From an uncultured Verrucomicrobiota bacterium (GTDB taxonomy: Bacteria > Verrucomicrobiota > Verrucomicrobiia > Limisphaerales > SXQI01): a stretch of DNA of 64,000 nucleotides. The notes under the pieces are model-generated. The model made no database searches, was not told where the DNA came from, and saw nothing but the letters and a program-made list of their open reading frames with translations. Shown one piece after another: positions 47,373 to 55,687 of this stretch (positions within the stretch are counted from its first letter, which is position 1; each line of letters begins with the position of its first letter). Location of the stretch: contig CAZMKE010000003.1 in NCBI GenBank assembly GCA_964566945.1, positions 209,224 to 273,223 on the forward strand. Direction: 5' to 3'. Position numbers and translations under genes: made by a program.

Positions 47373-48458
47373 ATGAGCAGGACGAAAGTGGCGCTTCTCG
47401 GGGCGGGATTCATTGCGGATATCCACATGGAATCGTACGAGCGATTCGTGCCCGAGGCCGAGGTGGCAGCGGTGTATTCGCGCTCGCCGCAGCGGGCGGA
47501 AGCATTCGCCAAGAAACATCACATTCCGCGGGTTTTCAGCGAAATTGAGCAGACGATCGAGCAGAGCGGCGCCGACGTGATCGACATCTGCCTGCCGAAT
47601 TGCCTGCATCACCGGGCGGTGTTGGCCGCGGCGCGAGCGGGAAAGCATGTCATTATTGAAAAGCCGTTCGCCCTGACGCTGGAGCAGGCGGACGAGATGA
47701 TCGAGGCGTGCCGGGCGCGCGGCGTAAAGCTGATGTATGCGGAAGAGCTGTGCTTTGCGCCGAAATATGAGCGCGTCCGCAAGCTGGTCCGGGAAAATGC
47801 GGTCGGGCCGGTCTACATGCTCAAGCAGAGCGAGAAGCATTCCGGGCCGCACAGCGATTGGTTCTACGATGTGAACCAAAGCGGAGGCGGCGTTTTGATG
47901 GACATGGGCTGCCACGGCCTGGCGTGGTTTCGCTGGATGCTGGGGGGAAATCCAAAAGTGACGAGCGTTTACGCCACCATGAACACCTTTCTCCACAAAG
48001 GCAGGACGCGCGGCGAAGATAATTCGGTGACGATTGTGGAATTCGAAAACGGGGTGATCGGCGTTTGCGAAAACAGCTGGGCGCGCCACGGCGGCATGGA
48101 TGATCGAGTGGAGGTTTACGGGACGGGCGGCGTGATCTATGCCGATCTTTTCCAGGGGAACGCGGCGCTGACCTACAGCGAAAAGGGCTACGGCTATGCG
48201 CTGGAAAAGGCGGGGTCGACCCAAGGCTGGACATTCACGATTTTTGAAGAGGCTTTCAACCAGGGCTATCCGCAAGAGTTGAAGCATTTCATCCGGTGCG
48301 TCCGGGAGAATCTTCAGCCTTTGGTGACGGGAGAAGATGGCCGGGCGGTTCTGGAGATGATGTACGCGGCTTATCGTTCCGCGGGGTCGGGCGCCAAGGT
48401 CGCGCTGCCCTTCCATGCACGGGTGTCCAAGCCGATTGATTTGTGGCTGGGCGCGTAA
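47373..48458 (+). CDS. Gfo/Idh/MocA-family oxidoreductase
   Basis: MSRTKVALLGAGFIADIHMESY Rossmann N-terminus, and EKPFALTLEQADEMI. The ATG at 47373 is preferred over the ORF start at 47133, which overlaps the previous gene. Confidence 0.9.
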   Translation: MSRTKVALLGAGFIADIHMESYERFVPEAEVAAVYSRSPQRAEAFAKKHHIPRVFSEIEQTIEQSGADVIDICLPNCLHHRAVLAAARAGKHVIIEKPFALTLEQADEMIEACRARGVKLMYAEELCFAPKYERVRKLVRENAVGPVYMLKQSEKHSGPHSDWFYDVNQSGGGVLMDMGCHGLAWFRWMLGGNPKVTSVYATMNTFLHKGRTRGEDNSVTIVEFENGVIGVCENSWARHGGMDDRVEVYGTGGVIYADLFQGNAALTYSEKGYGYALEKAGSTQGWTFTIFEEAFNQGYPQELKHFIRCVRENLQPLVTGEDGRAVLEMMYAAYRSAGSGAKVALPFHARVSKPIDLWLGA

Positions 48459-48523
48459 ATCCGGGCGACGGCTTTGGGGCAAGTCAGTTCCAGCCCTGAC
48501 AACCTGGGCCAGACTGTTAACTT

Positions 48524-48557
48524 ATCCAGCCGCAAGTGAGATCCAGCCGCAAGTGAG
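48524..48557 (+). repeat. Perfect 17-bp tandem duplication (ATCCAGCCGCAAGTGAG x2)
   Basis: Read directly: 48524-48540 equals 48541-48557. The second copy contains the candidate GTG start of the downstream gene. Confidence 0.95.
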
Positions 48558-49782
48558 TTCACGAGGGATAGCCTGGCTTTCGATTGCTGCGCTGAATGCA
48601 GCGCTTTGGCTCTTCATTCTGCACAAGCGCGAGGCGGCCAAGGCGCTCGCGGGCGGCAAGCTTGAATCCGCCAGCGCGGCTTCCGCCACTCGCGGAGCCA
48701 AAGGAGTCGCGCCGATTGTCGTCCGGACCAACGCCTTTCAGTGGGGCCAACTGGAATCTGAAGATTATCGAACCTACATCAACCGGCTCCGGAGCATCGG
48801 CTGCCCGGAGGAAACGATCCGGGACATTGTCATTGCGGATCTCGAGAAACTGATGGCGCCCGAAGTGAGGCAGGCGGAAGGCAAGCGCGAGCCGCCGAAA
48901 TATTGGGAACCAAAGGCCCTCGCCCGCACGCTCGACACCCTGGACAAACTCGGCAAGAAGCAGGACATCGATTTCCGCAAACGCGAGGTCGTGCGCGAAC
49001 TGCTGGGCATTGATCTCGCCGCGGAACGGGCGCGGGTGAAGGGCGAGTCGGATTTTTATGAGGAACGCCTGGGATTTCTGGATGCCGAAAAACAGGGGCG
49101 GATTCGTATGGCGATGGAAAAGGCGAACCGGGAAGAGGCCGCGCTGCGCGAGAAATCTTGGCTGGAGAATGATGAACTAACGGCGGAGGACAAAGCCCAA
49201 CTGAAGGAAATCCAGAAGCAAAAAGATCAGAGCATCGCATCCGTTTTGTCGCCGGATGAGCTGGACCAATATAATCTGTGGTTCTCGTCGAGCGCTTACA
49301 GGGTGCGCGACGCGTTCCTGGTGTTGGAACCGAATGAAGCGGATTTCCTCGCGCTCTACCACATTCAGAAGGAGTTCGATGACAAATGGGAGGGCGTTGA
49401 CCCCGCTACTCTGGTCGGGGTGGAGCGCGCGGCGTATGACCAGGCGAAGCAGCAGTACGAAAACTCCATTCGCGAACATCTTGGGCCGGAGCGTTACGAG
49501 AAATACCTGCAAACGCGCGAGCCGGATTTTCAACAATTGCAGGACACCATCGCGCAATTCGGGTTGAGTCCGGACGTGGCCCAGCAGGTTTACGACTTCA
49601 AGAAGACGCTGACGGACGAGCGGGCGAAGGTGGCGGGCAACTCGAGCCTGGGCGCGGAGCAGCGCGGGCAGATCGTCAAAGCGCTGAACGAGGAAACGGA
49701 ACGGGCGATGATCGAGGTCCTGGGGCCGAAGCCGTACCGCTATTATCTGCGGAGCGGAGCGGGCAAATGGCTTTCGGAATAA
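48553..49782 (+). CDS. Hypothetical membrane-anchored, coiled-coil-rich protein
   Basis: TM helix IAWLSIAALNAALWLFIL, then a charged helical region. The start is uncertain (GTG at 48553; the ORF opens at 48415). Confidence 0.5.
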   Translation: MSSRGIAWLSIAALNAALWLFILHKREAAKALAGGKLESASAASATRGAKGVAPIVVRTNAFQWGQLESEDYRTYINRLRSIGCPEETIRDIVIADLEKLMAPEVRQAEGKREPPKYWEPKALARTLDTLDKLGKKQDIDFRKREVVRELLGIDLAAERARVKGESDFYEERLGFLDAEKQGRIRMAMEKANREEAALREKSWLENDELTAEDKAQLKEIQKQKDQSIASVLSPDELDQYNLWFSSSAYRVRDAFLVLEPNEADFLALYHIQKEFDDKWEGVDPATLVGVERAAYDQAKQQYENSIREHLGPERYEKYLQTREPDFQQLQDTIAQFGLSPDVAQQVYDFKKTLTDERAKVAGNSSLGAEQRGQIVKALNEETERAMIEVLGPKPYRYYLRSGAGKWLSE

Positions 49783-49819
49783 ATTTGAAAACGCCCGGGA
49801 AATCCGAAAGGTTGGCCGC

Positions 49820-50383
49820 GTGAAGCAGGTGATTTTACTCGTCGCGATCATTGCCGCTGCGTGCGGCTGCAAGAATGATCCGTCCCAGACCGCTCCCGCC
49901 CCCGCTCCGGCGGCCGCGGCGCCGGAGGCCCCGCAGCGGAGTTCCGCCCCGCAGGAAATCCCTCGCGCGGCTGAGGGGCGTCCGCAGTCGCGCCTGGTCA
50001 CGCTCAAGCTTTGGGTGGGGACGAACGAGGTGACAGCCGAGATTGCGCAGACCATGCCGCAGATCATGTCCGGAATGATGTGGCGCACCAACATGCCGGA
50101 AATGGAATCGATGCTGTTTGTTTTTTCGCAACCGCACCGGGCGCAATTCTGGATGCGGAACACGCTGCTGCCCCTTTCCTGCGCTTATATTGATTCGGAG
50201 GGCAACATCCTCGAACTGCATGACATGAAGCCGAAAGATGAGACGCCGATACCGGCGGGATCAGAACAAGTGCAATATGTGCTCGAGGTGAACCAGGGCT
50301 GGTTCGAACGGCACAACGTCACCCCGGGGATGTTGATCACGACGGAGCGCGGATCGCTCAGCCAGACCTTTTTCCGGCGGTAA
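49820..50383 (+). CDS. DUF192 lipoprotein
   Basis: Lipobox LVAIIAAACGC. GMMWRTNMPEMESMLFVF...FWMRNTLLPLSCAYID is the DUF192 signature. Confidence 0.85.
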   Translation: MKQVILLVAIIAAACGCKNDPSQTAPAPAPAAAAPEAPQRSSAPQEIPRAAEGRPQSRLVTLKLWVGTNEVTAEIAQTMPQIMSGMMWRTNMPEMESMLFVFSQPHRAQFWMRNTLLPLSCAYIDSEGNILELHDMKPKDETPIPAGSEQVQYVLEVNQGWFERHNVTPGMLITTERGSLSQTFFRR

Positions 50384-50386
50384 GTC

Positions 50387-51454
50387 ATGGCATCCTTTCA
50401 GGTTATCTTTCTCGAGCATGGCTATAAGTCGGTGGCCATCGAGCGGGGCATTGTTGAAGGCGCGAGCGGGGAATTCATCGATGGCGATCAATTCAGCCTC
50501 GAGGAGTCCTTGCGCCGCGGGGCGATGGCGGAAGGGATCATGCTGCGGCGGATACCGATCCGCCCCGAGACCATCCGGAGTTTCAAAAAGGCGCGCATCA
50601 TTATGCGGTACGGGGTGGGGGTGGATAACGTCGATCTCGCCGCCGCCACGGAGGCGGGAATTATCGTGGGGCACGTTCCGGTTTACTGCCAGGACGAGGT
50701 GTCGACGCACGCCATAGCACTGCTTTTGGCGTGCATCCGCCGGATCACCTGGACCGATGAACGACTGCGCGCTGGCGATTGGAATGTGCATGAGCCCGAT
50801 CCGATCTTCCGGGTGGCGGGAAAGACTCTGGGGATTGTTGGGTTGGGAACCCTGGGGCAGGCGGTGGCCCGCAAATTTCAAGGATGGGGCTTGCGGCTGG
50901 TGGCGACCGACCCGTTTATCGACCGACCCGTTGCGGATCAATTGGGCGTTGAGTTGATGCCGTTCGAGACACTCCTGCAGGAATCCGACTTTGTGTCGTT
51001 GCATGTGCCGCTCCTGACCGAAACACGGCATCTCATCAACCGTGCGACCCTGTCGCTAATGAAGAGGGGGGCGATCCTGGTGAACACCGCCCGGGGACCG
51101 GTGGTGCATGGATTGGACCTGCTAAGAGCATTGGATGAAGGGCAATTGAGCTGCGCGGCGCTGGATGTGTTCGAAGAAGAACCGCCGGCCAGGGAATCAC
51201 CGCTGCGCAGGCATCCGCGTCTGCTGATCAGCGATCATGTGGCGTGGTATTCCGAGGAATCGCAAATGGAGCTGCAGCGCCGGGCAGCCGAGGAAGTGGT
51301 GCGGGTCTGCACCGGGCGGCTGCCGGAGGCGATCGCGAATCCGGAAGTACTGGTGAAATTGGGGCGTGCGGCGGAGTGGCAGCCGAACCATCTGGCGCGC
51401 TGGCAGGCGAAGCGTGCGGCGGCGCTGGGTTTGGGCGCGCGCGGCGGCCGGTAG
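50387..51454 (+). CDS. D-isomer-specific 2-hydroxyacid dehydrogenase family protein
   Basis: GKTLGIVGLGTLGQAVARK NAD-binding motif, LLQESDFVSLHVPL, NTARG, and DVFEEEP. Confidence 0.9.
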   Translation: MASFQVIFLEHGYKSVAIERGIVEGASGEFIDGDQFSLEESLRRGAMAEGIMLRRIPIRPETIRSFKKARIIMRYGVGVDNVDLAAATEAGIIVGHVPVYCQDEVSTHAIALLLACIRRITWTDERLRAGDWNVHEPDPIFRVAGKTLGIVGLGTLGQAVARKFQGWGLRLVATDPFIDRPVADQLGVELMPFETLLQESDFVSLHVPLLTETRHLINRATLSLMKRGAILVNTARGPVVHGLDLLRALDEGQLSCAALDVFEEEPPARESPLRRHPRLLISDHVAWYSEESQMELQRRAAEEVVRVCTGRLPEAIANPEVLVKLGRAAEWQPNHLARWQAKRAAALGLGARGGR

Positions 51455-51571
51455 CGCAAACTGTTTGCAGCCTTGCTCTTATGGTGAGATAATCCTTCGT
51501 CAGATGGAAGCAGCGGGATTAGACGCGGGGAATGGGCAGCGCCTGAAACAGACAGTGAGCGCCGGGTCGGC

Positions 51572-52777
51572 ATGTCCATGAGTTCCGCTATTTCCAATGA
51601 CCCGCGCGGAGGCCGCGGGTTTCCAGCGGACCCGGTGCTGCGGGAGCGCGATGAGCGGTTGGAGTCGCTGAAGGCGGTTGCGGGCAAGCTGGCGCACGAT
51701 TTCAATAATTTCCTGGTCCCCACCTACGGCTACCTCACGTTGATGAAGGACGAGATTCCGGCGGGTTCGACCGCCGCTCTCTACATCAACTCCATGGATA
51801 ATGCCGCCCAAAAGGCGGAGAGTTATATCTCTTCGATCCTCCTCGGGATGCGCCCGTACCGGCAATTCTCGCCGCGTGAATTTCACCTAAATCTCGTCGT
51901 GCACGAATTGGTGGAGCGGTGGAAGACCGAGACGCCGGAAGGGACCGAGATCCAGGTTAGCCTTCGACTGGCGCCGTTCCTCCTCATGGGCGACGAGAAG
52001 CAATGGCGGATTGTCATCGAGCAGCTGCTCTCCAACGCGCGTTATGCGCTCGCCATGGGAGGGCAGTTCGAGGTGGTGCTCGAGAGCGTTCATCTGGACG
52101 CGGCGGAGGTTGAGCGCCTGGGCCTGAGTACTCAGGAAGTGTTTTGCCTCCGGGTTCGCGACAGCGGGTTCGGAATGAACAGCGAGACTTTTCGGCGGGC
52201 CTTTGAGCCGTTCTTCACGACGCGCAATCATATCAAGGCGGCGGGCCTCGGGCTGACCATGGTGCATGGCATCACTCTCTTTCACGGAGGGCAGGTTGAA
52301 CTGAAGAGCGCGGTGGATGAAGGCACGACCGTGACCCTCTGGATTCCGGCCCGGAACGCGGGGCAGTCCGAGCGGCTGAGCCTGGCCGGTCTTCCTGCGC
52401 CCAGATCACGGCCCAAGCCCCGCATTCTGGTGCTGACCGATGACCCGCTCGTCAAGGAGGTGCTGCGCGGCTGGATCGGAAGCCTGGGACTCGAGCCGGA
52501 AACGGCCAGCGATGAGAAGGAGGCTCGCCGGTCTTTGCAGCGTCCTGGGGGGAATTATGCCCTGGTGATCTGCGAAGCCGACTTGAAGTGCGGCGGCGGG
52601 CAAGCCCTGTTCGAGTGCCTGCGGCCAGCCGCTCCGGGCGTTCCGTGGGTTTTTCTTTGTGGACAGCGCAAGCCGCGCTTCGAGAGCTTGAGTCCGGCGG
52701 ATCAGCCCATTTTATTGCAGAAGCCGGTCTCATCTCGGGCGATCGAGGACCTGCTGCGCAAATGGGCCGGCCGTTGA
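51572..52777 (+). CDS. Hybrid sensor histidine kinase (HisKA, HATPase and C-terminal receiver), cytoplasmic
   Basis: H-box KLAHDFNNFL, N-box LLSNARYA, G-boxes DSGFGM and GLGLTMVHG. Receiver motifs ILVLTDDP, VICEADL and LLQKP. Confidence 0.85.
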   Translation: MSMSSAISNDPRGGRGFPADPVLRERDERLESLKAVAGKLAHDFNNFLVPTYGYLTLMKDEIPAGSTAALYINSMDNAAQKAESYISSILLGMRPYRQFSPREFHLNLVVHELVERWKTETPEGTEIQVSLRLAPFLLMGDEKQWRIVIEQLLSNARYALAMGGQFEVVLESVHLDAAEVERLGLSTQEVFCLRVRDSGFGMNSETFRRAFEPFFTTRNHIKAAGLGLTMVHGITLFHGGQVELKSAVDEGTTVTLWIPARNAGQSERLSLAGLPAPRSRPKPRILVLTDDPLVKEVLRGWIGSLGLEPETASDEKEARRSLQRPGGNYALVICEADLKCGGGQALFECLRPAAPGVPWVFLCGQRKPRFESLSPADQPILLQKPVSSRAIEDLLRKWAGR

Positions 52778-52786
52778 CCAGGCAGG

Positions 52787-54604
52787 TTAGACCCGGACGC
52801 GCTTGAGTTCTTTGAGGATGTTGTAGTCGATCCCTTCCATTTCGAGGAAGCCTTGCAGCTGGCGGAGCCGGGTTGGATGGCGGATTTTGCGCAGGGCCTT
52901 GGCTTCTATCTGGCGGATGCGTTCGCGCGTAACACGGAACTGCTTGCCGACTTCCTCCAAGGTGCGGGGATAACCGTCGCTCAGGCCGAAACGCAATTCC
53001 AGCACCTGCCGCTCCCGCTCCCCCAACGTCGTGAGGACGTCGATGATTTTGGCCTTCAGCAAGCCGAACGCGGTCCGGTTGGAGGGATCCTCAGCCGTCT
53101 TGTCCTCAATAAAATCTCCAAGGTTGGCGTCCTCGCCTTCGCCGATCTCGGTCTGCAACGAAACCGGTTGCTGCGCCATTTTAAGAAGCGAGCGAATTCT
53201 CTCCGCGGGGATCTGCATTTCGTCGGCAATCTCACCCGGCAGCGGTTCGCGGCCAAATTCCTGCACCAATTGCTGCTGCATGCGGAGAACTTTGTTCAGG
53301 GTTTCGATCATATGCACCGGGATGCGGATCGTTCGGGCCTGATCCGCGATCGAGCGGGTGATGGATTGCCGGATCCACCAGGTGGCGTAGGTGGAAAACT
53401 TGTAGCCCCGCTGGTATTCGAATTTCTCGACCGCTTTCATCAACCCCATGTTTCCCTCCTGGATCAGGTCGAGAAAACTCATGCCGCGGTTGGTGTATCG
53501 TTTGGCGATTGAAATGACGAGGCGGAGATTGGCTTGAACCATCTCTCCCTTGGTATCAGCGGCGCGCCCGCGGAAATGCTGCAAGCGCTCGTGCCGCTCC
53601 AGGAATTCGCCGGCTGGGGTGCGCAAAAGCATTTCCAGCGAATGCAGTTTGCTTTGTTCGGCGCTGATCGCGAGTGCGTCCGGACCGCCCGGCTTTTGCT
53701 GGTGCTCGCGGAGAGCCGCGGTCGCCGCCTGGATTTTTTCGGCAATGTTGTCCGCGACCTGGCTCATCTCCTCGATGATCTTCTGCTTGAAGCAAAACCG
53801 TGGAAACAGTCCGCGCAGTTTGCGGGAAACCGCGTCGAGCTCGGCTTGCGCTTTGGCTTTCTGCTCCGGATGGCCGCTCTTCAGCGCCGCGAAGCGGGAG
53901 TCGGCAAGCGCATCAAGCTCCCGGGTTTTCTTCATCAGGCGCCGGAGCGTTCGGGTGTGGCCTTCGCGGTCGGGAATTTTTGCGTCATGAATCGCCCGGT
54001 CAAAGCGTTCCTTGGGCGGGTCGCAAACGAGTTTTTCCGCGAGGGCGACATGTTCTTTGGCGGTGAAACCGAGGTTGTAGACGATGTCCTTAATCGCCAG
54101 TTCCGCCTCTTCAATCTTCTTCGAGATTTCGACCTCCTCCTCGCGGGTGAGCAATTTCACCTGCCCCATCTCTTTGAGATACATGCGAACGGGGTCGTCC
54201 AGCGCCTCGACCGTCCCTTCGCTTTCCTCCTCGTCCTTGACCGGCGCTTTGGCGCGATTGGCCGGGACTTCCGCCACTTCAATGTCGAGCGCGGCCAAGC
54301 GTCGAAAGATTTCATCCAGATCCTCCGGAACGACCGTCTCCGAGCCGAGCGCTTCGTTGATGTCCTCCCGGGTCAGGTAGCCTTGCTCCCGAGCCAATTG
54401 AACGAGTTCCTTGACCTTGTCGCGCAGGGTGGCGGGGAGCTCCCGCTGCGGGAGGCTTCCGTCAGCGGCGGACCCGGCCCGATCCTTGCGCGCTGGAGAA
54501 TGGTTGCGCTTCGTGGGCAGCAGCGAAGCCGCATCGGCATTGCGCGCTCCGTCCGACTTGGAGGCCGGATCGATATCCAGAAGTGGGCCAGCGTCGATGT
54601 TCAT
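52787..54604 (-). CDS. rpoD: RNA polymerase primary sigma factor RpoD
   Basis: Regions 1.1-4 are recognisable: [72 protein letters not shown] and [27 protein letters not shown]. The ATG at 54604 is preferred over the ORF start at 54832. Confidence 0.95.
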   Translation of the reverse strand: MNIDAGPLLDIDPASKSDGARNADAASLLPTKRNHSPARKDRAGSAADGSLPQRELPATLRDKVKELVQLAREQGYLTREDINEALGSETVVPEDLDEIFRRLAALDIEVAEVPANRAKAPVKDEEESEGTVEALDDPVRMYLKEMGQVKLLTREEEVEISKKIEEAELAIKDIVYNLGFTAKEHVALAEKLVCDPPKERFDRAIHDAKIPDREGHTRTLRRLMKKTRELDALADSRFAALKSGHPEQKAKAQAELDAVSRKLRGLFPRFCFKQKIIEEMSQVADNIAEKIQAATAALREHQQKPGGPDALAISAEQSKLHSLEMLLRTPAGEFLERHERLQHFRGRAADTKGEMVQANLRLVISIAKRYTNRGMSFLDLIQEGNMGLMKAVEKFEYQRGYKFSTYATWWIRQSITRSIADQARTIRIPVHMIETLNKVLRMQQQLVQEFGREPLPGEIADEMQIPAERIRSLLKMAQQPVSLQTEIGEGEDANLGDFIEDKTAEDPSNRTAFGLLKAKIIDVLTTLGERERQVLELRFGLSDGYPRTLEEVGKQFRVTRERIRQIEAKALRKIRHPTRLRQLQGFLEMEGIDYNILKELKRVRV

Positions 54605-54862
54605 CCGGGCGGGTTGCCTGCGTGCGTTTTCGGCCGACACGCCGCGTTGCGGCGAGTTTTGCCTTTTGCTGGGAACGTTCCTGCTGTCTCGCACAAAGCC
54701 ATGTGATCGTTCGAGGCGCAGTGTGGGGTCCTGCGAAAGGAGCGTCAAGCCAAGCGGTTGCCACCCTGGCCTGATGTTTCGTTCAGGGCCGCCCTGACAC
54801 GTGGATTTTCCAGAGGCGCGATTCATCCGCACGGCCTCTTCTTCAGTAATTCGGCGGCGCTC

Positions 54863-55591
54863 TTAGCGCGGGCGATCTTCCGGGTAAATGGTAATGCCGG
54901 CGCGGAAAAGCAGCTTAAAAAGAATCTTTAGAAAATCTTCCTCGTTGCTCACGTTGCGGAGGAGCTGGTTTTCGAGATTGAGTTTGATCTCCTGGCTTCT
55001 TTTCGGTCGTTCGAGATTGTTGTAGCGCACCAAACCGATGGAGAGATTGAGGAGATCGACACCGCTGAGAGAATATCCCGCGCCTTTTTGTCCGCCGCGC
55101 GTTCCGGCGGCGCCCGGGGCAGCCTTACTGAACCACTCAAGAAGGTTGGTTCGTCCGCCGCTCTCGACAATATTGAGTTCCCGAAGTTTTAAGCGGAGAA
55201 ACGTCAGGTGGACTTTGCCGAGGACGAGCTTTCCCGGTTCGTATTCGAGGTGAATCTCGGGAGCATCGAGCAACTTTGAGCCGCCGAAATCGGGCGGGTT
55301 GTAGATAACGACATTCTCCAGGGTGAATTTCGGATCGAGCAATCCAACATCCACCTTGCCGATTTTGGTTTCGAAGCCGGTTTTCCGCCGCAGATGTTGT
55401 TCCGCGAGGGACCGGACGATGGTGTCCTTGAGCAACAGCAGGCCGATCACCAGGACGATGATCAGCAGCAGCAGGCGGAACGCCCAGCGGAAGACGAACC
55501 TAATCACGTTCCTGAGAGAATAAGGAGAGTTTCCAGGTTGGGAAGCAAATCGAGCGCCCCAGTCAGGATGCGGGGCGCGCTTGGGCGGCAA
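54863..55591 (-). CDS. Membrane-anchored AsmA/DUF748-like protein
   Basis: N-terminal TM helix LLLLIIVLVIGLLLL, then a beta-rich region. The start is uncertain. Confidence 0.5.
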   Translation of the reverse strand: MPPKRAPHPDWGARFASQPGNSPYSLRNVIRFVFRWAFRLLLLIIVLVIGLLLLKDTIVRSLAEQHLRRKTGFETKIGKVDVGLLDPKFTLENVVIYNPPDFGGSKLLDAPEIHLEYEPGKLVLGKVHLTFLRLKLRELNIVESGGRTNLLEWFSKAAPGAAGTRGGQKGAGYSLSGVDLLNLSIGLVRYNNLERPKRSQEIKLNLENQLLRNVSNEEDFLKILFKLLFRAGITIYPEDRPR

Positions 55592-55687
55592 TCGAGCGCT
55601 GCAATCGAGTTGACATCTGCGGCGGCCATCTTACAACCGAGCTCGTCACCCTGCTTCTCCCGAAAGATCGGTCTGGGGGAAAGTGCC

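Noticed and set aside
54605-54832. 76-aa N-terminal extension of RpoD
   Set aside because: The extension is basic and non-conserved-looking. The ATG at 54604 gives a plausible region 1.1 lead-in. The exact start remains uncertain.
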